Shown here: positions 30,279 through 40,333 of the stretch, piece by piece | Position numbering within the stretch: the stretch's first letter is position 1 | Layout of the letters: each line of letters begins with the position of its first letter | NCBI GenBank assembly: GCA_021399395.1 | Contig: JAAFKJ010000001.1 | Span: forward strand, 30,165 to 94,164 | Direction: 5' to 3' | Length of the DNA stretch: 64,000 nucleotides | Source of the DNA: Candidatus Heimdallarchaeota archaeon | GTDB lineage: Archaea > Asgardarchaeota > Heimdallarchaeia > Heimdallarchaeales > Heimdallarchaeaceae | Notes under the pieces: model-generated | Database searches by the model: none | What the model was told of the DNA's origin: nothing | Seen by the model: only the letters and a program-made list of their open reading frames with translations | Made by a program: the position numbers and the translations under genes

Positions 30279-31313
30279 TCACCTCGTAAATATCACATTA
30301 TAGTCTTGAATTTTAACAATAGGATCCGTGATAATCTCACCGATTATTAGCGAATCAAAGTGTTTTGAAAGAGTTTCGAGAGCTTTTTGAGCATTATTTT
30401 TGGAAACAATGACAACGAAGCCTATACCCATGTTGAATATGGAGAACATTTCTTGGTAGTCTATATTCCCTACAGATTGAATCTCATGAAATATTTGTGG
30501 GATGTTGCACCATTTGTCGATTTGAAAACCAAGATTTGTTATTCGAAATAGTTTCTTAAAACCTCCACCTGTGATATGAGCAAGTCCATTTATTTCGCAA
30601 TTTTCTGATAAGTCTTTAATTGCTTCAGTGTATATTCTTGTAGGAATTAGCAATTCCTCTCCTACATTTGTTCCCCATGGAAAACTTTCATTGTATTCAT
30701 ATTTAATAGATAAAACTTTTCGAAGTATAGTAAAACCATTAGAATGAATCCCACTACTTGTTATCCCTATGATTACATCTCCAACTTTTATTTTAGAACC
30801 ATCTACAATTTCTTTGATATCAACTATTCCGAGTGCAGTACCAGCAAGATCAAAAGAATTGATGTTAGTTGATAGAAGCTCTGGTATTTTCGCCAGCTCA
30901 CCTCCTATCAGAGGTATTTTTGCCAGCTCACAACCTTTCAAAATTCCTTGCATGATACCATCTATAACATCTTCTTGAAAGTCTGAAACTGCTAGATAAT
31001 CAACAAAAGCACTTGGTTGAATTCCCATTGCTAGAAGATCATTAACATTCATTGCAACACAATCTATACCCACAGTATCAAACTTTCCAGTTTTTTGGGC
31101 TATAAGCAGTTTAGTTCCAACTCCATCAGTTGCTAAGGCCAGTCCATAATCTCCAAATTTAATCAGATTAGCATAATGACCTTCTTTAGATACAACATTT
31201 CCAAGTTCAAAGCTACTTTTCACATACTTGTTGATATTCTTCAAAATCCTAGCTTCTTTAGATAAATCTATTCCAGCCTCAGCATAAGTATTAGGTATAT
31301 TCTTTTCAGTCAT
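30279..31313 (-). CDS. purM: AIR synthase
   Basis: TDGVGTK, AMNVND, SSGIHSNG and HITGGG. Confidence 0.96.
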   Translation of the reverse strand: MTEKNIPNTYAEAGIDLSKEARILKNINKYVKSSFELGNVVSKEGHYANLIKFGDYGLALATDGVGTKLLIAQKTGKFDTVGIDCVAMNVNDLLAMGIQPSAFVDYLAVSDFQEDVIDGIMQGILKGCELAKIPLIGGELAKIPELLSTNINSFDLAGTALGIVDIKEIVDGSKIKVGDVIIGITSSGIHSNGFTILRKVLSIKYEYNESFPWGTNVGEELLIPTRIYTEAIKDLSENCEINGLAHITGGGFKKLFRITNLGFQIDKWCNIPQIFHEIQSVGNIDYQEMFSIFNMGIGFVVIVSKNNAQKALETLSKHFDSLIIGEIITDPIVKIQDYNVIFTR

Positions 31314-31332
31314 TGAATTCCATCTCCCATAA

Positions 31333-31731
31333 TTATCTTACATTATTGAAATTGATAAGCTTAAGAATTCGAATCGATAGATATGCAGCATTTTCTCCGT
31401 TATCAATCCCTACTGTTGCAACAGGTACCCCTTTAGGCATCTGAACCATGGACAATAGTGCATCCATCCCATTCAATGCTGCCGACACTGGAACCCCTAT
31501 TACTGGTTTTTTTGTCAAAGATGCTACAACTCCAGGTAGAGCTGCTGCTAAACCAGCTATGCAAACGAAAATATGTGCTTTAGAATTTTCTACTTTAACT
31601 ACTAATTTATCGTGATCTCTATGAGCAGAAATATAGCTCACTTTGAAATCGATTGAGTGTTTTTCCAAAACACTTGTAACTTTTTTAACTATTTTTTCAT
31701 CACTTTTGCTTCCCGCAATTATTTCTATCAT
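31333..31731 (-). CDS. purE: AIR carboxylase / N5-CAIR mutase
   Basis: GSKSD, SAHR, PVIGVP and [11 protein letters not shown]. Confidence 0.95.
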   Translation of the reverse strand: MIEIIAGSKSDEKIVKKVTSVLEKHSIDFKVSYISAHRDHDKLVVKVENSKAHIFVCIAGLAAALPGVVASLTKKPVIGVPVSAALNGMDALLSMVQMPKGVPVATVGIDNGENAAYLSIRILKLINFNNVR

Positions 31732-31732
31732 A

Positions 31733-33910
31733 TTATTCCTCCATAAATCTTGAAATCGCTTTTGACCAGCTTTCCCTTAGTTCTTTCAGATCAATACTAA
31801 TCTCATCATCAATTCTAATTTCAGGTGTAGAAATTGTTTTTCCGAGAATCTTATAATCGTCATCTTTCTTCAAATTCTCTTTAATATACTCTAGTTTTGA
31901 TTGTGATATTTCTACAACATATCTAGTTGGAGCTTCTGCAAAAATAAACTCTTCAATGGATAGATTCTCCTCTTCTAGAACATTGTTTAAAGATAATTCC
32001 ACACCAATATTTTTATCAAAAGCCATTTCAATGAGAGATGTAATTAGCCCCCCATTTGATATATCGTGGCAACTTAAAATGAGTTTTTCATTATTTAATT
32101 TCTCGATAATCTGCCTTGATTTCATTTCTTTATCGAAATCATAAGTTGAGATTTTTCCCTCTATTTTACCATGATTATATCTCAGATATTCAGAACCATT
32201 CAAGTTTCCATCATTAAATCCAATCGAGATAATTATGCTATCTTCACTCTGAAAACTGTTCTTGATAAGTTGATTTGGCTCTTCAATTATTCCAATCATA
32301 CCTATTGTGGGTGACGGATTAATGCGATCCTTCTTTCCAGCAATTGAAGATTCATTATAGAATGAGACATTCCCACCAACTATCGGTAATGAAAAATCCT
32401 TAGAAAATTGTCCCAATCCTTTTACAGCTTCTACAAATTGCCAATACGAATCTGGGTTTTCTGGATTACCAAAATTTAAGCAATCGACAATAGCTAATGG
32501 TTTGGCACCTACACATACGAGATTCCGCATCGCTTCTGCTGCATTGTTTGCAGTTCCATTGAATGGGTCTAGATAAGTCATGAAAGAATTACAATCCAAA
32601 GATAGGGCTATGTATTTTTCATTTTCCAATTTTAACACAGCAGAATCAGATCCTGCAGCGATTACTGTCTGAGTCTGTACATGTTGGTCATATTGTTGAT
32701 AAACCCAGGATTTATCTCCAATATTTGGTGAAGACAATAGCTTCAAAATCTCTTCTTTGATATTTGGAGAGATTGGCACAGTGTATGATATCTCATCAGA
32801 CACATAATCAGGAATTTCAAGAAGTCTTTCAGGTTCTGGGCAACCTTCAACAACTAGATCTACTGGCAATTCCACGACTTTATTTCCCTCAAAGAATGCG
32901 ATATAATGACTATTGTCTGTAACCTCTCCTATTACTGAAGATTGTAAATCATATTTATCCAAGATTTCGCACACTTTTGATAGTTTCTCAGAATCTACAA
33001 TTGCAAGCATTCTTTCCTGAGATTCAGAAACAAGGATTTCCCAAGGTTCCATGTTTTTCGCTCTTAAGGGAATATCTTCTAATCGTATTATTGCACCAGT
33101 TCCTCCTCGAGAACACATTTCAGTTACACCGCAACTCAATCCACCTCCACCTAAATCCTGCAAACCAGCAAGTAGTTCTTCTTCTACTAGCTCAAGCGTA
33201 GCATCAATGAGGATTTTTTCCATTAGTGGATCCCCGATTTGAACTGCAGGTCTATCTTTCTCGCTTTTATCACTTAGATCCTTTGATGCAAAAGAAACAC
33301 CATGAATTCCATCTCTTCCAGTTGACGAACCATACAGAACGAGGAAACTTCCAGGTTTTGATGCAATACTTCTAACTACTTTTTTCTTATCTATTACTCC
33401 CACACACATTGCATTAACTAAACAGTTTTCTTCAAAAGGTTGAGCAAATTCAACTTCTCCTCCTAAAGTTGGTATTCCGCAACAATTTCCATAAAATGAA
33501 ATTCCTCTCACTACATTTTCAAATAGATGTTGAGACCTCTTAGATTCTAATTCTCCAAATCGAATAGAATCTAATAGTGCTACTGGTCGACATCCTTGAG
33601 AAAGTATATCTCTAATTATTCCACCTACACCTGTTGCAGCACCATCATAAGGTGAAATTGCTGATGGGTGATTGTGACTCTCCAAACCCAAACCAACTAA
33701 AAATCCATCTCCAATATCAATTAAACCTGCACCTTCACCAATTCCCAGTTCTAAGTATGGAGCTTCTGTATTGAATAAATGAAACCACCTCTTAGATGAT
33801 TTATAGGAGCAATGCTCAGACCACATTGCTTCAAATACAGCTATTTCAGCTTCGTTTGGTTCCCTTTCAAGAGAATCTTTAATTGTACCATATTCTTCAA
33901 CAGTTAGCAT
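31733..33910 (-). CDS. purL: FGAM synthase subunit PurL (small type)
   Basis: [28 protein letters not shown] and GGNVSFYN. Confidence 0.97.
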   Translation of the reverse strand: MLTVEEYGTIKDSLEREPNEAEIAVFEAMWSEHCSYKSSKRWFHLFNTEAPYLELGIGEGAGLIDIGDGFLVGLGLESHNHPSAISPYDGAATGVGGIIRDILSQGCRPVALLDSIRFGELESKRSQHLFENVVRGISFYGNCCGIPTLGGEVEFAQPFEENCLVNAMCVGVIDKKKVVRSIASKPGSFLVLYGSSTGRDGIHGVSFASKDLSDKSEKDRPAVQIGDPLMEKILIDATLELVEEELLAGLQDLGGGGLSCGVTEMCSRGGTGAIIRLEDIPLRAKNMEPWEILVSESQERMLAIVDSEKLSKVCEILDKYDLQSSVIGEVTDNSHYIAFFEGNKVVELPVDLVVEGCPEPERLLEIPDYVSDEISYTVPISPNIKEEILKLLSSPNIGDKSWVYQQYDQHVQTQTVIAAGSDSAVLKLENEKYIALSLDCNSFMTYLDPFNGTANNAAEAMRNLVCVGAKPLAIVDCLNFGNPENPDSYWQFVEAVKGLGQFSKDFSLPIVGGNVSFYNESSIAGKKDRINPSPTIGMIGIIEEPNQLIKNSFQSEDSIIISIGFNDGNLNGSEYLRYNHGKIEGKISTYDFDKEMKSRQIIEKLNNEKLILSCHDISNGGLITSLIEMAFDKNIGVELSLNNVLEEENLSIEEFIFAEAPTRYVVEISQSKLEYIKENLKKDDDYKILGKTISTPEIRIDDEISIDLKELRESWSKAISRFMEE

Positions 33911-34593
33911 GTCAATTCCTCTTTTAAATTTTCAAAAATTATTTTTCCATCTTCTGATCCTAAATACAGAAAGCTGGCTCTTTCGGGATGGGGCATCATG
34001 CCTAACACATTGCCAGTTTTGTTAACTATCCCAGCTATATTTTCCAATGAACCATTTGGATTGCTTTCCTCATTAATTTCCCCCTGTTCATTGCAATAAC
34101 TAAAGGCTATCTGATTATTATTTCCTAGCCTCTGGATGTTCGCTGGTTCGGAATAATAACGGCCTTCATAATGAGCAATTGGGAGCTTGAGTTTTTTATT
34201 TTCCATGCCTTTAAGTAAGGAGCATGAAGTTTGTTCAGTAGAGATATTTACCCACTTGCAGATGAATTTTGTAGAAGTGTTTGTAGTAAGTATTCCAGGC
34301 AGTAATCCTAATTCACAGAGTATCTGAAAACCATTACAGATACCAATTACAAATTTGCCTGATTCAACATACTCTGGAAGTTTTTTTGCTATAGGTGAAT
34401 GAGATGCTATTGCACCTGGTCTTAGATAATCACCATAAGAGAACCCTCCTGCAATTATCAAAGCATCAACTTCTTCTAGAAGTTCAGAGTTATTGGGAAA
34501 GATGTACTCATACCGAAGTCCCAGTGAACTTAAAACCCTAGCTACATCTTGTTCGTTATTTGTTCCTGGAAATTTAGTTATACCAATTTTCAG
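33904..34593 (-). CDS. purQ: FGAM synthase glutaminase subunit PurQ (CTG start)
   Basis: Frame is open 44 codons upstream of the listed ORF to CTG-AAA-ATT-GGT... (KIGITKFPGTNNE); GGFSYGD, GICNGFQ and MMPHPER. Confidence 0.93.
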   Translation of the reverse strand: MKIGITKFPGTNNEQDVARVLSSLGLRYEYIFPNNSELLEEVDALIIAGGFSYGDYLRPGAIASHSPIAKKLPEYVESGKFVIGICNGFQILCELGLLPGILTTNTSTKFICKWVNISTEQTSCSLLKGMENKKLKLPIAHYEGRYYSEPANIQRLGNNNQIAFSYCNEQGEINEESNPNGSLENIAGIVNKTGNVLGMMPHPERASFLYLGSEDGKIIFENLKEELTC

Positions 34594-34598
34594 TTATA

Positions 34599-35582
34599 TC
34601 ACCCTTCGTTAGATGTCTCGAAATATTCCATGGATAACTTGGTTTCTTCAATCAAAGGATTTGAGAGAATTCTGTTGGATATTTCTTGTGTTTTTTTGTA
34701 AAGTGATTCAGAAGGAACGGATGAAAACTTGATACTAGCGTTTTTACCAAGTCTAACTGATTCAATATTCTCATATTCATTCCGTTTTAATGACCTAAAA
34801 GTAACTTCACCGGCTGGGTCGAGAACTGAATCCTTTAGAGAAATCCGAATATTGGTTTTGGTGTTGAACTCTATATTAGGAAGTTCTGTGATTGTTTCCA
34901 ATCTTTCAAGTATATCCTTATAGTGTTGAATGACATCTCCAAGATCTTTTCGATATCTATCCTTATCCTTAATTTCCCCAGTATTAATTTCCCATAACCT
35001 CATTGTATCAGCTGAAATTTCATCTGCTATAATCAGTTTACCCTCATGACTTCTACCAAATTCAAGCTTAAAATCCACAAGTACAAGTGAGATTGACTTG
35101 AATATATTTCTTAGAATATGATTCACTGCTAAAGTAACAGCTTTAATTATAGTTGCATCTTCACCCGATAGGTAGTTCATCAAGATTGCTGCTTCTTCTG
35201 TAATTAATGGATCATGTAATTCATCTTCCTTCAAAAAGAACTCAACTAAAGGTTGATCGAAGTTTGTTCCAATCTCAATCCCATATCTTCTACAAAAACT
35301 TCCAGCAGCTATATTTCTACAAACTATTTCTACGGGAATTATATCGACTTTTTCACAAAGTAAATCTCTACTCGATATACTCTTGAGATAATGTGTTTCT
35401 ATATTATATTCATTCAAAATCTCAAATAGTTTTGCAGAAGTTCGGCAGTTAACTTCACCCTTATTCAGAAGTTCTTCTGTTTTTTCTCCATCAAATGCAG
35501 AAATCGAATCTCTAAAATGGATTTTAACTTCCTTTTCATCCAGAAGTTCTATATCTTTTGCTTTTCCAGAGTATCTCTCCAA
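34599..35582 (-). CDS. purC: PurC (SAICAR synthetase) fused to C-terminal PurS
   Basis: GKAK, DFKLEFG, ADEISADTMRLW and DKDRYR; then PurS motifs LKDSVLDPAG, VRLGK and LSNPLIE. Confidence 0.93.
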   Translation of the reverse strand: MERYSGKAKDIELLDEKEVKIHFRDSISAFDGEKTEELLNKGEVNCRTSAKLFEILNEYNIETHYLKSISSRDLLCEKVDIIPVEIVCRNIAAGSFCRRYGIEIGTNFDQPLVEFFLKEDELHDPLITEEAAILMNYLSGEDATIIKAVTLAVNHILRNIFKSISLVLVDFKLEFGRSHEGKLIIADEISADTMRLWEINTGEIKDKDRYRKDLGDVIQHYKDILERLETITELPNIEFNTKTNIRISLKDSVLDPAGEVTFRSLKRNEYENIESVRLGKNASIKFSSVPSESLYKKTQEISNRILSNPLIEETKLSMEYFETSNEG

Positions 35583-35595
35583 ATTTTACACCACT

Positions 35596-35611
35596 TTGCA
35601 TTATTTTGCAA
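35596..35611. promoter_or_regulatory. Palindromic TTGCA-N6-TGCAA candidate operator (copy 2)
   Basis: TTGCATTATTTTGCAA, 14 nt upstream of the purC start. Confidence 0.72.
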
Positions 35612-35740
35612 ATTAATGACTTTTTGAAACTGGGAATTTTAGTATGTATAGTTTTTAAACTTTCTGGATAATACTATTAAAAAACCTATAGAATCAACTT
35701 AAGGGTTTATGAAAATACACAAATATAAAAAGATAAGTTC

Positions 35741-35756
35741 TTGCACAGTAATGCAA
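35741..35756. promoter_or_regulatory. Palindromic TTGCA-N6-TGCAA candidate operator (copy 3)
   Basis: TTGCACAGTAATGCAA just downstream of TATA-like boxes, upstream of the HTH-PRTase gene. Confidence 0.72.
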
Positions 35757-35805
35757 AACCTTTTCAATGATATGAAAAGGACTATATTGAAAAACAAGTG
35801 ATATT

Positions 35806-36585
35806 ATGTCAAATGCAAGCACACCTGATAGTTATATTGATGCTCAAGAGAAACTAATGACACTTAATCTTCTTCAGATGGCCTTTAAAAAATTCGACAC
35901 TCTTGAAACATGCAGATCATTTCTTCAAGAACATGGGGTTGAGGTTTCTGTTGCAAACCTTTCTAGATATATCAACGGGAAAGCAATTCCAAAATCAAAA
36001 CTCAAAAATTCTTTGCTCAAAGTCCTGATAGACAACAAAGAACTTGGTTTAACAATTAAAGAGCTCATAATCAAACACTTAGATATCAAGACCGATGAAA
36101 CAGGTATGATTACAGTAAACAATACCTATTTGCTAAATGACTCAAAAACCTTGAAAGCGATTTTATTTCTAGCAATCCAACAAGGCATTATTCCAAGAGA
36201 GGTTGATAAAGTGATAACTGCTGAAGTTGATGGAATTCCAATTGCAATGACTCTTGCTCATCTTCTTAACATTGATTGTGTTTATGCAAGGAAGAAGAAA
36301 CCCATTGGTACCTCTGAGTTTCATAGTGAGGATATTATTTCAGCGAATACTAGTAGAATGGAGACAATCTATTTTCCAGATAAATTCATCAGAAAGAATG
36401 AGAGGGTTATAATCATCGATGACATTATTCGCTCAGGTGCAACACAAACGGCACTAGTTAATCTTGTAAATAAATGTGAAGGAATTCCTCTAAAAATCAT
36501 CATACTAACTGGTGTTGGAGGACACTGGGAAAAAACTACTAAATTAAAGTTTACTGATTTCAAAACTCTAGTTACTCTAAAATAA
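35806..36585 (+). CDS. HTH plus phosphoribosyltransferase-domain transcriptional regulator (PurR-like)
   Basis: N-terminal HTH (VSVANLSRYING); PRT motifs TAEVDGIP, YARKKK and IIIDDIIRSGAT. Confidence 0.85.
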   Translation: MSNASTPDSYIDAQEKLMTLNLLQMAFKKFDTLETCRSFLQEHGVEVSVANLSRYINGKAIPKSKLKNSLLKVLIDNKELGLTIKELIIKHLDIKTDETGMITVNNTYLLNDSKTLKAILFLAIQQGIIPREVDKVITAEVDGIPIAMTLAHLLNIDCVYARKKKPIGTSEFHSEDIISANTSRMETIYFPDKFIRKNERVIIIDDIIRSGATQTALVNLVNKCEGIPLKIIILTGVGGHWEKTTKLKFTDFKTLVTLK

Positions 36586-36601
36586 CGGCAGATGGTGTTA
36601 T

Positions 36602-37684
36602 ATGATTCAAGAACTGATAAAACAATATGATTATGAGAACATTAGTGTAGGAGTAATTGGATCCCACTCTGCTCTCGATATATTAGATGGTGCAAAAAAA
36701 ACAAGATTCAAAACCACAGTAATTTGCGAAAAAGGAAGGGAAGAGCCCTATACAAGATTTGATAGGATCATAGATAATTTGATAATTTTAGATAAGTTCT
36801 CGGACATATATTCAATCCAAGAGGAATTAAGAGAAGAGAATTGCATTTTCGTACCAAATCGTTCTTTTGCCGTGTATTGTAATACAAACCGAATTGAAAA
36901 AGAATTTAGAGTGCCTTTGTTCGGTTCAAGAGAACTCCTAAAAGTTGAGGAAAGGGTAGGACTGCACAATTATTATGAAGTACTAGATGCAGCAAAAATA
37001 AAATATCCTAAAACTTTCAAAAATCCAGAGGAAATTGATTGTCCAGTCATATGCAAAATGCCTCATGCTAAACTTGAAGTTGAAAGAGGTTTCTTTGTAG
37101 CAAAAGATAAAGAAAATTTTTTTGAGGAATTCAATAAGCGTGTCGAAAATGGTACAATAAGAAGAGGTGATCTTTCTAAGGCATCGATAGAAGAATTCAT
37201 TTCTGGTGTTACATTCAATTTCAATATCTTTTACTCCCCGATATATAATCGAACAGAATTAATTGGGATAGACCGTCGTTTTGTTACAGATCTAGATGGA
37301 ATTGTACGTTTGCCTGCGGAACAACAACTTCAACTAGAACTTGAAGAAGAAATGAAAGAGATAGGCAACTATGCTGTTACTTTAAGAGAATCAATGTTAA
37401 GACACGTATTTCCAATGGCAGACGACTTCGTTAAAGCAACAAAGAAACTCTATCCTCCGGGCATTATTGGCCCATTTGCGCTTCAAACCATGATAACTAA
37501 GGATTACGAATTCATAGTATTCGATGTATCCATGAGAATGGGTGGTGGAACAAATAGTTTCATGGGGACAGGCAGTCAATATTCAGCTGTTTATTGGGGA
37601 GAACCAATCTCAGCAGGTAAGCGAGTTGGAATGGAAATAAGAAGAGCCGTTGAACAAAACAGATTGCAGTATATTGTAACTTGA
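36602..37684 (+). CDS. purP: Formate-dependent AICAR transformylase (PurP family), paralog 1
   Basis: IGSHSALDI, FVPNRSF, ERGFF and PPGIIGPFALQ. Confidence 0.92.
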   Translation: MIQELIKQYDYENISVGVIGSHSALDILDGAKKTRFKTTVICEKGREEPYTRFDRIIDNLIILDKFSDIYSIQEELREENCIFVPNRSFAVYCNTNRIEKEFRVPLFGSRELLKVEERVGLHNYYEVLDAAKIKYPKTFKNPEEIDCPVICKMPHAKLEVERGFFVAKDKENFFEEFNKRVENGTIRRGDLSKASIEEFISGVTFNFNIFYSPIYNRTELIGIDRRFVTDLDGIVRLPAEQQLQLELEEEMKEIGNYAVTLRESMLRHVFPMADDFVKATKKLYPPGIIGPFALQTMITKDYEFIVFDVSMRMGGGTNSFMGTGSQYSAVYWGEPISAGKRVGMEIRRAVEQNRLQYIVT

Positions 37685-37808
37685 GAGTACTAATAATCGT
37701 AAAAAGAAAATGAAGAATATTCAACATTCAAAGGATTACACTGAAGAATTCTTCGAATGATGTTGAATGTTAGACTAAAGAAATAAAAACAGTTTCAAAA
37801 ACTACGAT

Positions 37809-38813
37809 GTGAATAACTTGATAATCTCAACCATAGGAAGTCATTCCGCACTTCAAATATTATTTGGAGCTAAACAAGAGAATTTCAATACCAAAGTATA
37901 TTGCTTAAAGGACCGAGATAGTCTTTACCGAAGATATCCCGTCGCAAATGAAATAGTCACACTTGATTCTTATGAAGATCTTCTAGAAATTGCTGCTGAT
38001 TCCCAAGAAATTTTTATTCCTCATGGTACTCTGATTGCGGCTCTAGGAGACAAATTAAGGGACATTTCTATACCTATGTTTGGAAATAGAGAGGGGATGT
38101 TGTGGGAGATGAATCGAGCAAAGAATCAAAAACTTCTGGAAACTGCAGGAATTAGAGTTCCTCGAACACTGAAATCTGATGATATCACCGAGTTAGCGAT
38201 CGTGAAATTTCCAGGAGCTATGGGTGGTTCAGGGTATTTTGTTTGCTCCTCCTCTGATGAATTCGATACCAAAATTAATGATTTAGTCTCTCAAAATAAG
38301 ATCTCAGATTATGACATTAAAAATGCCCAAATTCAAGAGTATGTAACTGGAGTAACTATGTATCCCCATTACTTCTATTCTGGGATCTATGAAAGAGTTG
38401 AGATGCTTGGAATAGATAGGAGATATGAAACCAACGTAGATGCGCTAGGTCGATTATCTCAGAACGATCATCCAGTTGAACCCTCATATAAGGTAGTTGG
38501 GAATCAACCTTTAATTGCAAGAGAATCTCTATTACCACAAATCCTAGAACATGGTGATAAATTGAGGGAAGCTTCAACAAATCTTTTTGCACCAGGTTTG
38601 ATAGGTCCATATTGTATAGAAATGGCCATTACATCAGAAGAGATAGTTGCTTTTGAATTTACTAGCAGAATTGTAGCGGGTACAAGTTTGTATGTAAACG
38701 GTTCACCTTATTCAAAGATCTTATTCAATGAAGAAATGAGTATGGCTAAGCGTATTGCAAGGGAGATAAAAATGGCAATGGGGCAAAGAAGGCTGCAGGA
38801 GTTCCTTACATAA
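37809..38813 (+). CDS. purP: Formate-dependent AICAR transformylase (PurP family), paralog 2
   Basis: IGSHSALQI, IPHGT, GAMGGSGYF, IDRRYETN and RIVAGT. Confidence 0.92.
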   Translation: MNNLIISTIGSHSALQILFGAKQENFNTKVYCLKDRDSLYRRYPVANEIVTLDSYEDLLEIAADSQEIFIPHGTLIAALGDKLRDISIPMFGNREGMLWEMNRAKNQKLLETAGIRVPRTLKSDDITELAIVKFPGAMGGSGYFVCSSSDEFDTKINDLVSQNKISDYDIKNAQIQEYVTGVTMYPHYFYSGIYERVEMLGIDRRYETNVDALGRLSQNDHPVEPSYKVVGNQPLIARESLLPQILEHGDKLREASTNLFAPGLIGPYCIEMAITSEEIVAFEFTSRIVAGTSLYVNGSPYSKILFNEEMSMAKRIAREIKMAMGQRRLQEFLT

Positions 38814-38824
38814 AAGGTGATGAA

Positions 38825-40333
38825 ATGGATAAAATCGGAGTATTTGATTTTGGTGGCCAATATTGCCATCTTATTGCTAGAAGGATTAGAGATTTAGGTG
38901 TTTATGCTGAGATAATCTATGAACCTTCTCAGGAGTACAAAGGTTTCATTTTATCAGGGGGACCGGGTAATATCTCTGAAGAAGAAGCACCCCAATTACC
39001 AGAAGAATTCTTCAATGAGGTGGAAGTACCAGTTCTTGGGATATGTTATGGTCATCAAATGATTGCACAGACTTTTGGAGGAAAAGTTGAAAGAGGGAGA
39101 GAAAGAGAATACGGGAAGAAAACAGCCATTCTTGAAAACTCTTCTTCTTTGTTTAAGGGTTTGAATAAGGAGGAACAAGTCTGGATGTCACATTATGATC
39201 AAGTTACGATTCTACCTGATGATTTCGATGTCATTGGTTCAACTGACATCTGTGGAATAGCAGCATATCAAAACATCCACAAAAATATTTTTGGGGTCCA
39301 ATTTCATCCAGAAGTCATTCACACTATAAATGGCACTAAAATTCTTAAAAACTTTTTAGATATTATTGGATGTAAGAGAGAATGGAAACTAAGTCAATGG
39401 GTGGAAAAGAAAATACACGAACTGCAAACAGAGATAGGTTCTAACAGAGTAATCATGGCAGTTAGTGGAGGAGTAGATAGTACAGTAGCTGCTGCACTTC
39501 TAACTAAAGCTAAGATAAACGCTCATTTCATACATGTAGACACTGGTCTCATGAGATTGAATGAATCAGAGGAAGTAGCAAAAATTTTCGAGGATTTGGG
39601 CACGGAAAACCTTCATATTGTAGATGCTAAAAAAAGATTTTTTAAGAGATTAGAAGATATCTCTGATCCAGAATTAAAGCGGAAGATAATTGGAAACCTC
39701 TTTATCGATATTTTTGAAGAAGAATCTGATAGATTAGACAATTTTGATTTCTTAGGACAAGGAACAATATATCCAGATAGAATAGAAAGCGCTCAACCAA
39801 GTAAACATGCAAGTGTAATCAAAACCCACCATAATGTTGGTGGTCTTCCTGAAAGAATGAAGTTAAAATTAATTGAGCCTCTCAATGAGCTTTACAAGGA
39901 TGAAGTCAGAAAAATAGGCGAGATGTTAGGTCTTCCAAAGAGATACATTGATAGACACCCATTCCCAGGTCCGGCTCTTGCAATCAGGATCTTAGGCATA
40001 GTTACTGAAGAGAGAGTGGATATATTAAGAAAAGCTGATGCGATTGTTACACAAATCATAGAGAATAATGGTATTTATGATTCTCTTTGGCAAGTTTTTC
40101 CTGCACTCATCCCTGTTAAATCTGTAGGTGTGATGGGAGATAAAAGAACATATGAATATATCTTAACCATTAGAGCTGTTGAATCAGTAGACGCGATGAC
40201 AGCTGATTGGGCAAGATTAGATTATGATGTTTTAGAAGAAATATCCACAAAGATCATCAATAAAGTAAATGGTGTGAATAGAGTCCTATATGATATCACC
40301 AGCAAACCCCCAGGTACAATTGAATATGAATAA
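38825..40333 (+). CDS. guaA: GMP synthase (fused GATase plus ATPPase)
   Basis: DFGGQY, GICYGHQ, QFHPE, SGGVDS, KTHHNVGG and KPPGTIE. Confidence 0.97.
   Translation: MDKIGVFDFGGQYCHLIARRIRDLGVYAEIIYEPSQEYKGFILSGGPGNISEEEAPQLPEEFFNEVEVPVLGICYGHQMIAQTFGGKVERGREREYGKKTAILENSSSLFKGLNKEEQVWMSHYDQVTILPDDFDVIGSTDICGIAAYQNIHKNIFGVQFHPEVIHTINGTKILKNFLDIIGCKREWKLSQWVEKKIHELQTEIGSNRVIMAVSGGVDSTVAAALLTKAKINAHFIHVDTGLMRLNESEEVAKIFEDLGTENLHIVDAKKRFFKRLEDISDPELKRKIIGNLFIDIFEEESDRLDNFDFLGQGTIYPDRIESAQPSKHASVIKTHHNVGGLPERMKLKLIEPLNELYKDEVRKIGEMLGLPKRYIDRHPFPGPALAIRILGIVTEERVDILRKADAIVTQIIENNGIYDSLWQVFPALIPVKSVGVMGDKRTYEYILTIRAVESVDAMTADWARLDYDVLEEISTKIINKVNGVNRVLYDITSKPPGTIEYE

Noticed and set aside
33904-34461. 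purQ as a truncated 185-aa gene or pseudogene
   Set aside because: The frame stays open upstream to the CTG at 34593 and restores the conserved N-terminus
37682-37770. Selenocysteine readthrough of the purP TGA with a SECIS-like hairpin
   Set aside because: PurP is complete at the TGA, and a TAA follows two codons later
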